Shown here: positions 1 to 10,963 of the stretch, one piece after another
Layout: each line of letters opens with the position of its first letter
Numbering within the stretch: position 1 is the stretch's first letter
From: Tubulanus polymorphus
Taxonomy: Eukaryota > Animalia > Nemertea
DNA length: 64,000 nt
Assembly: GCF_964204645.1 (NCBI RefSeq)
Contig: NC_134026.1
Location: 8,393,950 to 8,457,949 of the forward strand
Direction: 5' to 3'
Notes under the pieces: model-generated
Told to the model about the DNA's origin: nothing
What the model saw: only the letters and a program-made list of their open reading frames with translations
The model's database searches: none
Program-made: the position numbers and the translations under genes

Positions 1-257
1 ACACATTTCCAGACTATGTAATATCCAAAAATATGTATTTGGCATGAATATTTATCCCTGAAATATGCATTGCTAGAATACGTCGCCAAAAAATATAGTA
101 GCAGAATTTGGGCTCGCTATGACCAAGACGCCAGTTAGAGTGAACGCAGCATTTAACACGAAACGCCATGCTTCTAAAGTCATCAAAGCGAAATAATAAC
201 AATAACAACAACAAGAGGAAACAAAAAAAAGAAAATACAAAAAACATCAAGAAAAAT

Positions 258-261
<4 letters not shown>

Positions 262-322
<61 letters not shown>

Positions 323-323
323 A

Positions 324-362
<39 letters not shown>

Positions 363-401
363 GTAGTAGTAATAGGTAGTAGTAGTAGTAGGTAGTAGTA
401 G
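262..401. repeat. (TAG)n microsatellite
   Basis: Near-perfect AGT/TAG run, source of the poly-L and poly-Y ORFs. Confidence 0.97.
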
Positions 402-625
402 ATGCAGGGATTTGTTTGTGCCACGGCCTGTTCTACAATCACTCAAATATTCTCTACTAGGAAAAGCGACTCTAAATGTTTTTTTCTACGAAACTAAACG
501 TATGAATACATCGTACAATTAACAATCTCTCCTATATTTCGCCGGTGGTTGTAGAAGTAGTAATAGTAGAAGTTGTATTATAGTAAGAAAAAAAAGATTG
601 AATACCTCGTTTTTTACAATCCAGT

Positions 626-655
626 TCAGTGGAAGCCACTTTGTATCAAGGCGCC
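626..655 (-). CDS. msi: Musashi last coding exon (GALIQSGFH*)
   Basis: tttcccatgtccccctgcag|GGC GCC TTG ATA CAA AGT GGC TTC CAC TGA; phase 0 fits the upstream exon; resembles vertebrate GPLIATAFTNGYH*; exon appears to end at 606 (GAG|gtattc). Confidence 0.82.
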   Translation of the reverse strand, partial: GALIQSGFH

Positions 656-1665
656 CTGCAGGGGGACATGGGAAAGCATGGGATCAGTGCAAATGTCAAA
701 AGCGAAGCTCTTCTCTCGCGAAAACGAGAGGCGAAAATGGCAAGATCTGTCTCTAGTATTTTTCTATTTTAGTATATCATATACCTTTTAAGCACGATTA
801 GATAACGCGTATGAAAAATATCGCACACATACTAACGCATACACACACGCACAAACACGCGCGGATCAATCGGAGAAATGCGAACGGCGTTGAGACCATT
901 AACAAAAATCTGTATCATTCATTTAGTAACAAACCGATTGAAGTTAATCTCTCGGTAATCCCCAAATGGGAAATTTCGTTCGGCGATATATCATGGCAGA
1001 AAGATTGATATATTTTGTCGAAATTACTCCAGTGTGCTATGCGCGCATTAATCTCGAAATCTGATTGAATTTTCATTTTTGGAAACGGTCCCTCGGCTAA
1101 TTACGAAACGGCGACATGAAAAGGAAATCATCATCATCGTCATCATCATCTTGCCTTGAGTACAAAGTGAAACGGAGACAGACACCGGCGCAAACGAGGT
1201 CGCTAACAAGGTCCTGGGCTGAAGTTCCGAAAAAAGTCATCGAACCATGGCGGTAAAAAAGAGTTTGAATTACCAGAAGACGTGAAATCGATTCCGGCTA
1301 TCGACTACGGGAGTCGTTCGTTTTTCGAAAATGACATCCAAGTCAGTTTTATCATCTCGAAACAAATGGAAATTCAATAAAACGCCATCGTTTTTCGTCT
1401 CGCGCGTCGTGATTCGAAATCAGACGAGTTGGATTAATAAAATTTCCACTGGCGTCGCGAGTGCATACACGCCCGCGCGCGCCCACGTCGTTCAGCCATA
1501 TCTGATTGTTCGTCGAAGCATGGCCTCTGCGATAATGGAACGATTCGACTTAACGGCCGGCGCGGTTTTTCGAAATCTTAATTCTATCCGCGATGACTGT
1601 CAATTTGGAAGAGAGTGTTCTAATTGAGGTCGATGGATAGATGAACATTCATCGACAACTCTTAA

Positions 1666-2177
1666 CCCTTTCAGTGCTGACTCACTAATAAGTGCTGGAG
1701 ATAATTTGAAAATTTTTGAAATATCGACCCCAGAAGGTTGAATAACAGGCATACCGCTTTAGTGCCTCTACACTGCGGTGCGGTGTATTCTTAGTAATAT
1801 TTCACCATGTATGACAGGTGCTACCATCTTTCGATAGAGATTAGGACTTATAACTTAACACATGAATACACTGCAGTGTCTACTCTGCGGTGCAGTGTAT
1901 TGTAAATAGGTAATATTTTACTATGTTTGACAGGTGCTGCCATCTTTCAATAAAGATAAGGACTTATTACTAAACACATCAATACACCGCAGTGTGTCTA
2001 AACTGCGGTGCGGTGTATTGTGAATTAGTAATATTTCACAATGTTTCAAAGGTGCAGCCATCTTTCAATAGAGATAGGACTTATGACTTAAAAACATCAA
2101 TACACCACATTGCGATGTACTAGCAAAGTCCATCACCAATGTATACGCCACAATGCGATGTACACGCACTGAAAGGG
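1666..2177. mobile_element. piggyBac-like non-autonomous element (MITE) with internal ~120-bp tandem repeats
   Basis: TTAA|CCCTTTCAGTGC ... GCACTGAAAGGG|TTAA: perfect 12-bp TIR and TTAA TSD; about three internal repeats containing ctgcggtgcggtgtatt...gacaggtgct.ccatcttt. Confidence 0.9.
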
Positions 2178-3078
2178 TTAAATAACGCAAGGAATTTGAA
2201 ATGCTAGTGGACAACCGAGGCGTGTTTGCAGATAATCGAGATTCGACTGCGATTCCGATTGGACTGACAAGCTACGAGGCAGGATGATGACCTTTTTTCG
2301 TGAAACGAAAGAGGAACGTCGTCAGATGATGCGATGAAATGTGAAGAGAGCAGCCTACAAATCTATCTATCTATCTATAATTACGTAACGTACTAACTAA
2401 ACTAGTATATGGAATTTATCGTATAAGGCTTGCAAACCTTTTGGATGTGATTGCCCCTGCAAAAATCGGATTTCGAGGTCCTCGTTACCATTTCAGTAAT
2501 TGATATTGCTGCAACAATAGAAGATGCTTATAATAACTAAATATATTACATCTAGCACCGAAGTCTACCTAGCATCTATATCTAAACTATATATATATAG
2601 TACATATATAAACATATATTATGAGCTAATATGGTACCATTGCATTGTTTTATACACTATAGGACCACGTAGTAGGGTTAATTGATCAAGTCTTTACGAA
2701 AATTTCTTGATGAATCGAAATGAAGAATCGCTCTTCGGCGAAATTAATCCATCTTCGATACGACGTACCGAAAAGTGACAGTGATCGATTCGGATTTCAT
2801 CGCGAGAGTCGATAATATTTTCGGCAAAATATTATTATTGCGCGGCAGGCAACTGCTCTTCAAATTCCATCGACCCCATTTTTGAAAGTCGTCTTCGGTC
2901 CTCAAATATTTGAATGTGAATAAGTCGACGATTGGAATAGGGTCGAATATTTTTGAAACGTTCGCAATTTCGAAAAAAAAATTTCACCCGAATTACACAC
3001 ACACTCTCACATACGTACGTTTGTAACAATTGAAAAGATGTTTTGAGACGATAATACGTAGAGAATCCCGAAATGATA

Positions 3079-3340
3079 ACGAAAAAATAATTTCAAGTCC
3101 GAAAATGCTTCCTTGAGCTAGTAGTTTATACAATGTTTCGACTATATTCTAACATGGACATATCAGCTTCTAGTTATAATTCTCTAGGTCATCTAGTTTA
3201 TCGCCAATGATTCCAATAGCCATCTTCAGGAATACTGCGTTTTAACAGAAATTATGAAATATATATGCAATCTACAACTAAGATAGTTGAATAAACTACT
3301 GGCTCAAGGACACGTTTTCTGTTTTTGAATAATTTTTCGT
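3079..3340. mobile_element. Fold-back MITE with ~50-bp imperfect inverted ends
   Basis: gaaaatgcttccttgagctagtagtttat (3101-3129) is near reverse complement of ataaactactggctcaaggacacgttttc (3291-3319); similarity extends outward. Confidence 0.7.
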
Positions 3341-3975
3341 ATGTATATAACACAAAACCGTTCTCGAGCAAGGCATAGAAGGTACGTTTTACCGCGGACC
3401 CCCTGCTGGTTTTAAAGCAATTTTCTCCACGCCCGGAATAGAAAATCTCGGAATAAAACCTTCGTATGTCACTAATTCACCAACCGGCGGTTCTAATCAT
3501 ACAGTTATTGAATGAACTTAGTACTTTAATTTCCGCGCGTCGCTAATCAATAATAATTTCCTCGCCGAAAGAGCGGTTCGATTCTCGCGTAATAACTAGT
3601 CACTGATTGGCAAGATAACCAGATAAAAAGTGGCGTTTTATAATAGCGCCAATTTCCCCGGTATCCATATACTAACAATACCGATCTGATTGGTTGTTGC
3701 TAGGCGACGACGCCTGTACCACCAGTCGTCATGAATATTAATTTCGACGTCGCGTCTTGACATTTGCCCAATACTCAGGTGTGGGCACGAGATAACCTTT
3801 AAATGCCTTATTCGAGAAAGATGACGTTCGTTTGTATTGACGGACGCGATTTATATCATTTCGATGACGAAATTCCATCTTACCACGTAAGATTTTTCGC
3901 CAGCAAAAAATGCAACACGGAGAAACAATGCAGAAGATTTTTGAAGTAGATCCGTCGGAATTTTTGGACAGTTAT

Positions 3976-4151
3976 CAGGGGTGGATCCAGGGGACTTTTT
4001 AGGCTTGTACTTGAGTGCATCAAATTCTTTTTGAGTGCCCTGTTTCATCATGTCAACAAAGGTTATCGGGGCATTTCAGTGTGGGGTACACCTACTATTG
4101 CCATTTCGGACATCTTAGTGTCCATCGGAATGGCTTCTGGATCCACCCTTG
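3976..4151 (+). mobile_element. MITE family A (CAGGGG-GGATCC ends, hAT-like), copy 1
   Basis: CAGGGGTGGATCCAG ... CTGGATCCACCCTTG; internal caaat..tttttgagtgccct shared with copies at 9.1 and 51.2 kb; no clean TSD. Confidence 0.75.
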
Positions 4152-4879
4152 GTTAAATCAGATCACTGGTTTCAGAATTTTTTCCAAAAATAGACTTTCA
4201 TTATACATGAAGTCTATTTTCTGGTCTAGTTTTACTAGGAGCTACCATGGACTTGAATTTGTTTGTACAATTTCGTAAATCTATGCATTGTTTCTCAAAT
4301 AGGTATTAAGCAAGGTGATGCAACCAACTCTTCATTTTCTTCTTTCGGTAAAAAGTGACTTAAGGGATTAGGTTGATCGACATTGGCCCGTCAATTTGAT
4401 GTAGGGTCGCTTGGCAATGTGATAAGAATCCAAAATCAAGGTACCACTACGCCGCCCGACATTGGAGATGTTCTAAACTGTTAAATCAAACCTCAAACCG
4501 ATATTTCATGCCTTGGTTTACTAGCCTTTCAAAATTCCAAATAAGAATAAGGACAAGCAATGTATAAATTTCCGATCTCTTTTCCTTTCTCACCCAATCA
4601 TGAAAACCAGGCTAATGGAAGGTCAAGATGGAATGAAATTTTTTGGCTGGCAGATCAGGATCGGCACGAAATTTGAAATTTTTTGGGAACCGAATGTATA
4701 CAAAACCAGTCGGGAAAGAACTTAACATTTTTTCATAAATCTCTAAACGGAATATGTACACAAATCGCGATCAAAGCTTCCCGCATTTAATATGTGGATG
4801 TGCACGATATGCCTCGCAAGAATGCTGACAATGTAAAGAGTATAAAGGAAACCGGGATACAGCACATTTTTCATACAAG

Positions 4880-4923
<44 letters not shown>

Positions 4924-5540
4924 GTTTATGGTCTCTTAGTCTACATATACCTACAAACTAGGTATTTTCATCAAACGCATATTAAATAAATGTATACATG
5001 ACAACCAGGCACCAAATATCACATGGAACTAAAAAGCAACACTTGCGACGGAAGAGCATGCAACATTAGATGGGGCAGCAGTTCACTTCCAGGTTAGATT
5101 CACCTCAACTTTAATATAGAAGGCGGTAGGGGGGCGGTTTGTACCGAAACTGGCTGTTTCTCGATGAAGAGTTGATTGCATAGGATACGTAGTAGTAACG
5201 ACACACGAGAATCTGTCGTGAAAATTTACACGTCGTCTATCTATGCTCCGTTACCGATTAAACAAAAAATACCACAGCAAGTTGAAATTCATCGAGTACG
5301 GCGACATAGATAAACGCAACGGACACAAGCATTATTTTAGGACACAAAAACACACACACACAAGACAAAGGGATTATTATGAGGCCTTAATTTTTTTATT
5401 ATAGTGCGCAGTGTATGATAACCAAAATTTAATATATGAATATATATATATATTTTTTTATGTATAAAATTTTTAGCGAATTATTCTAATATAGATTTAA
5501 TCAAAAGATTATCGGCGATTGCTCGATTCTCGATACTTAC

Positions 5541-5716
5541 AGTGAGATTATGACTAAACCCTGAGGGCTGCGGACTTGTGGCCTGTACAAAGTTTAAACT
5601 CTCGTTCGTATTATATGGTATATCCATGGAGCCCGGGCTCGTCGCCGCGGCGAACCCTCGGCTATTAGCTGGAGAGGTAGGAGGGCCATAGCCTTGGGGG
5701 AAGTTGTTGATCACTG
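5541..5716 (-). CDS. msi: Musashi C-terminal exon (AVINNFPQGYGPPTSPANSRGFAAATSPGSMDIPYNTNESLNFVQATSPQPSGFSHNLT)
   Basis: ctattttacag|CA ... CTC ACT|gtaagt; 176 nt, phase 1 to 0; GF-x-x-x-TSPG-x-M and ASPQP-SGF-x-H resemble the conserved vertebrate MSI1/2 penultimate coding exon. Confidence 0.92.
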
Positions 5717-6719
5717 CTGTAAAATAGAGAACGGTGATTTTAATGCACAAAATACCAATCGGCGATAAGTCAGAAAAGACGACCTGAGAGAGATAGAGAG
5801 CGCGCTTTCTAAAGCCAGGTATCGTCGTTGTCTTATATATCGGTCGACTCAAAAGCCGTTAACGCGTTTCTTTTTTTTTTAAACTAAAAGCTCGAATCAT
5901 ATCGAAGATAACTTCGATATATGTATGTATCTATTACTACTAAACAATATACTAGATAGATATATACAAGAGTTTAAATAAGAGAACATCGAGAGACAAA
6001 ATCGAAAAATTTAGAATTTTAGTTCCACCTCCCAGCAGTGCAGATTATATCGAAATCGTTGTGAATTTCGGAAAATGTCGTCGCCAAAAAATATCTCGCG
6101 ACGATTTCTTTTTTACTTTTCAGGTAGACGGCGGCGGGCGGCCACCGCGCGAGGTGTTCTACAGCTCTTTATCGAACTAATTACTAAGAGAGGAAGCCAT
6201 AGCCAGTGAGAGAGGGAGGGAGAGGGATAGCATTTATCTAGAGTTATAGCGCATTATGTCAGTTTCATTCCTACACACACGCAACTCATTATCCAGTTGC
6301 AAGAGAAGGTGCGGGCGCTATTGACGAGACGGGAAAAAAAACTCGATTACAAGCGCATGAGAGAAAAGCCATATCAGTCGGCATTCAGAGTGTGCACCAC
6401 GTGAGTATACAAGTCAATGAGTCTAATGGCGAATCTCCAATGCGATCGTAATTAAATGGACGACGATAGAAAAATGTCGAATAACCATAACTATGACGCG
6501 TAATTCAGCGTATAGTTATATCACGCTGAAGTCCACGCCAAGACAGGAAAAAGTACGGAAGCTAGATCATTGATTTAGAAAACGGAAAAGTACGATTTAA
6601 ATCTACCGGTAACTGGAAGTAAGTTCCGTATTTGCATACGTTGAGTACCATTAGTCGTGATTGCTCTGACTATGGCGTTTCTCGTCCCGAACGAACCCAT
6701 TACCGAATAGAAAGTTCAA

Positions 6720-6920
6720 ATGGGCCCGAGAGCCCGAGCCAAATTTTAGCACGAGGCAAATAATTGCATTCGAATTGCAACTAGTGGCGTAAAATGGTAC
6801 CCACTTTGCTTTGCTTGAGCATTTAGTATCGAGTGAGTGGTTCGCGTATAAACGCGCTCTGCTCTCTAATTAGGCACGGACCAAATTTGACTCGAGCCCG
6901 ATCTGTGCCTATTTAGGTCA
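6720..6920 (-). mobile_element. Dispersed repeat family B (GGCCCGGGCCAAAT motifs), inverted fragment
   Basis: ccaaatttgactcgagcccgatctgtgcctattt is the reverse complement of sequence at 31.3 and 59.2 kb. Confidence 0.65.
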
Positions 6921-7020
6921 TCAGCGAAGTTGGCCATTTCTTTTTTTTTTTTTTTCCTGTTCATCATAATAAGGAGAAATGAGGTGAGAATTCTATACGG
7001 GAATATGACTTATAATATAC

Positions 7021-7251
7021 CTGTGCGCGTTTGCAAGGCTTGGCCTAAGGTTGCCAGAGTCGAGGGTTCACTTCTCGTAGCTGCGCCGAAATTATGCGTT
7101 CCGAGGGCAGCCGCTGCGGCCGCCGCCGCCGCGGCTGGGTTGCCGGCGAGGTATTCGGCCGTCAGGTAGCCCTGAGAGGCCACCTGATTTGTTCGGTCAC
7201 CAGTCGTTGCACCTGGTGTCGAAGGGATGAAGCCAGTATAACCAGGGAAGC
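7021..7251 (-). CDS. msi: Musashi C-terminal exon with poly-Ala (GFPGYTGFIPSTPG...NPAAAAAAAAAALG...LQTRT)
   Basis: ctctactag|GC TTC CCT ... ACA G|gtatat; 231 nt, phase 1-1; 10-Ala run with mixed codons, as in Musashi tails. Confidence 0.88.
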
Positions 7252-7977
7252 CTAGTAGAGTATACACAAATGAACATGCCAATTAGAAAAATCGCTAGGA
7301 AAAAAACCCACATATAGCATGTCGGTTAGAACATGACATCGTCGTAGCTGTGCTCGTTACCATCGCCGTCGGCAATCCCGGACCCGCGTCCTGTGATTGC
7401 GACGAAAAAAATAATAGCCGGGGAAGACTGATCATGCCTACGAGGGACACGCAAATTTGCCAATCATTGGACACTGTTACGATGGCTTCCCTGGTTGCCT
7501 GACTTGGCTGTCTTACACTGCACACAGGGCGTCAATGGATTACGAGAGACTATCTCTACACGAGCTTTCTAATTTTCTATATTAACGCGCGTTGATTGAT
7601 AGGATGTAAATCTATTCATACGATATACAGTATCTAATCTACACCACCACGAGCTAGAGCCGGATAGAGAGAACATATCGTTCTGGCCGAAAAATATATC
7701 AATCTATCAATCTATCTATCTGAGAGGGAGAGGAGCTTTTTGAGGTAATAATAGGGAAAGACGAATTGATATGGAAAACAATAACACACTGAATGAAAAC
7801 ATTGACTAATAATTATGTTGGAGGAGTGGAGAGGTGGAATTGCTAGTTCGATAGAGGTTTTGTAAAATAAACATGCACGCGTAAAATTTCATGTAAGCGT
7901 TCATATTGTAACTATAAGCTCTACGAAGCAGCCATTGTGTGCCGTGCAGAAAAAACCAAGACATGCAACCACAGGTA

Positions 7978-8007
7978 CATCATCATCATCAACATCATCA
8001 TCATCAT

Positions 8008-8038
<31 letters not shown>
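7978..8038. repeat. (CAT)n microsatellite
   Basis: Direct inspection; gives poly-D/poly-I ORFs. Confidence 0.95.
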
Positions 8039-8041
<3 letters not shown>

Positions 8042-8670
8042 GTCTGGGGTATGTGTTGCTCGAAACACGAAATGTTTGAGGATAGGCGAGTGGGTTACTT
8101 GTTCCAATTACATCCCTGGTAGCCCAAGGTTCGCTCCCGAACTCGTTTAGAGACGTTATTCTTGCGTTACGATATTATAGTTAGAGATTTGTTTGGTTTC
8201 GATCGAAAAAATAACAAACATTGAAAAAGAATTCCGTTGACAGTGATGGGTTAAGCACAGCTACTACATAGGTACAAGCACAGCAAAACATTATTAATGA
8301 TTATATGTATGAATATATATATATATATTATATGTAAATTCAGATAAAATAGAGACAATTTCCACAAGCAGAAGTCTTGTCAAACATAAACGATATGAAC
8401 GAATATAAGATCAGAGTTCTCTTCCAAACCACCATTGGAGGATATGTCGAACGAACGAATGATACAAGAGTGAGTGTATCAGAAAATAAAATCGATAAAA
8501 ATAAAAAAGTGACGAAAATGCTGAGAGGTGACCCCGAACCGAATACGATAAAAAATCCAAATGGAAAGTCAAATCGAAATAAAGATTCGAAAAAAAAACA
8601 ACCAAAGAATTTGCGTATAAAAATAAAATTTAGAAAAGAAAATCTTTAAGGGACGATGATCATATCTTAC

Positions 8671-8790
8671 CAGAAGTGCGTGTAGTAGTGGTGCCACTGA
8701 GGCCTAACAGCCCCCGGTCATTTTGTCCGGACTGTGAACGAAGGGACCGGGTCGCCGACCCGTAAACGGGCCCGAACGCAGACCCCAACC
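8671..8790 (-). CDS. msi: Musashi C-terminal exon (GLGSAFGPVYGSATRSLRSQSGQNDRGLLGLSGTTTTRTS), possibly cassette
   Basis: tttatcccccag|GG ... TCT G|gtaaga; 120 nt, phase 1-1; GC-rich open island in AT-rich intron. Confidence 0.75.
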
Positions 8791-9116
8791 CTGGGGGATA
8801 AATAAACAAATAAACGGTCAACGTAGAAATCAAACAATCACACCGATTATCAAATCTACCCGTCGTTGTTGTCGTCGTCAAATCATCGTTGCTGTTTGTA
8901 TTACGGCAATAATAATTACGACGTTCTAATAATAAAAATGGTGCGCTAGTATAACGTACAATATTCGAAACAATACACTAATAAAATAAACATCCTCCAA
9001 TGAAGTGTGAGAAGCGTCTAATTGATATGAATTACTGTAGTAATGAAAATGATAATAGCCGATAATCGCGATGGCGATGAACTTGTTCCCGAAGTTAGTA
9101 TAACTAACGATATTGG

Positions 9117-9360
9117 CGGTGGCGGATCAAGAGGCCAGTTTCGAAGGATTCGTCACATCTCAAAAAGGGCACTTTGATGTTCGGTAAAGGTATACTCCCG
9201 GACTGAGGGGCTAATTTCGAATAGGGCACTTTGACGTTTAGGCAATGTAAATTGTACTCCCGCACTGACAGGCACCAGGTGACAAAATGAAAAAGGACAC
9301 TCAAAAACAAATTTGAGGACCTTGTTCAAGTCTCATAAATCCCCCTGGATCCGGCCCCTA
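9117..9360 (-). mobile_element. MITE family A, inverted copy
   Basis: ggcggatcaag ... ccccctggatccggccccta; aaaaggacactcaaaaacaaatttga is the reverse complement of the core in copies 1 and 3. Confidence 0.75.
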
Positions 9361-9555
9361 TACATATAGCCCTTTTTGGCTAGCACTTATTAAAAAAAAA
9401 CAACAGCTAAAATCGCTGATCCAATATTTATCGACGACTATCTATGTTAATACACTAGATTTGTATTTCGTACTATATAATGATTTCAATTAAAGTTTCT
9501 GTAAATAAATAGCCGATTTTCTAAACACTTGGTAACTATTACCCAGTACGTGAAT

Positions 9556-9663
<108 letters not shown>

Positions 9664-10920
9664 CTTCTAAATTCCCTTCTGAAAGTGCCCTTTTCGTCCC
9701 CGTGAACTTTGCCCTTTCGAAACTTGGCCTAGATCCGTCCCTGATTTGTATTACAACCATAACCATCTTCTTGTGATATCAGCCGTGTATACGCGACCGC
9801 GGCCGCATATATTACTTATATTTGCGAACGTCGCTACTTTTCTTCGCAATTTCTTGCGTGCCGCGGCTACTGGAACGGCTACAGAGTAATCAGACATAAG
9901 CAAATATGGAATAGATAGCGGGAAAATTGTGCGCGCCACATATGGATATGTGTCCATCAGTCAGATTCATCTCCGGCGAGCGCAAATTGGAAAATCCAAC
10001 CGAGCAAGAAATCGCGACAAATAGAAAGATGATAGCATTTTCTCAGCGCGCGCCGGAATCTCCTCACTCTCGCCCCCTTCTCGATCCGCGCGCGGCGTAG
10101 CCGGCGATCTTATTCGCGCGTATAAAGCAACCGCATTCCGATTTCATCTGAATTACGGCGAACAAAAATCGCGTCGCAGGATAACGTTGTTGTTTTTGAG
10201 CGCGTGCTATGCGCAGAAAATTCCATCACGCCTCGTACATTATTTGATTCCGATTTTTTTCATTTCGTCATCATCGGCTGCGGGGTTAGAGATACACCCG
10301 GGAAATATTGTCACGTCATACATTTTATCATAAACGTTGTTGTTTCCTAACGCCCCGAGATTTCGTTTCATACGCAGAAGCAAACGGTTTGCTCTCTCGT
10401 TTAACATTAAATATTAATATTCGTACGAAGGGGTGGTGTTTTGATCGGCGAGCGGCCATCCATCATCGCGTGACAGGGAATCTTATACGGATGGCCGATT
10501 TAATAAAAAATCAGTTCAAAAATTTTCCATCAATTCAAAGCCATATATTAGCATCGATCTCCTCGAGACTAGTTAATCTTACGTTTTGATGAGTATAGTC
10601 CGTTTGAAATGATATCGAGAGCGACATAGGCGATGGAGTCTAACACTAATATATCCGCCCATCGTTAACAGCATTAGGCAAATGCTCTTCGAATAATAAC
10701 ATTAGATCAGGCTTACCAATATCGGAGTGAATCTTAATAACTTTTTCTGTATTGAATACAAAAAATTCTTTTTTTTCTAGTCTGCAGTTCTGCCATTTCG
10801 AGTTATTGCGTGCAAGCGTTATATACATATGAATCAATAGGTAGTCTATAAAAACGGCGTTTATAAGATCTTTTTTTCCATCCGGCTAAATTTAGACGAC
10901 ACTTCTTTCTATTAGTTTAA

Positions 10921-10963
<43 letters not shown>

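Noticed and set aside
262-401. (UAG)n as Musashi autoregulatory binding array (also 14886-14976)
   Set aside because: On the Musashi transcript strand these read (CUA)n, not UAG; only an antisense RNA would carry them and none is evident.
6105-6135. Strong plus-strand acceptor suggesting an antisense gene
   Set aside because: Isolated site, no chain of plus-strand exons or coding signal.
7517-7555. 39-nt in-frame exon candidate (EIVSRNPLTPCVQ)
   Set aside because: Acceptor lacks a pyrimidine tract; frame preservation alone occurs by chance.
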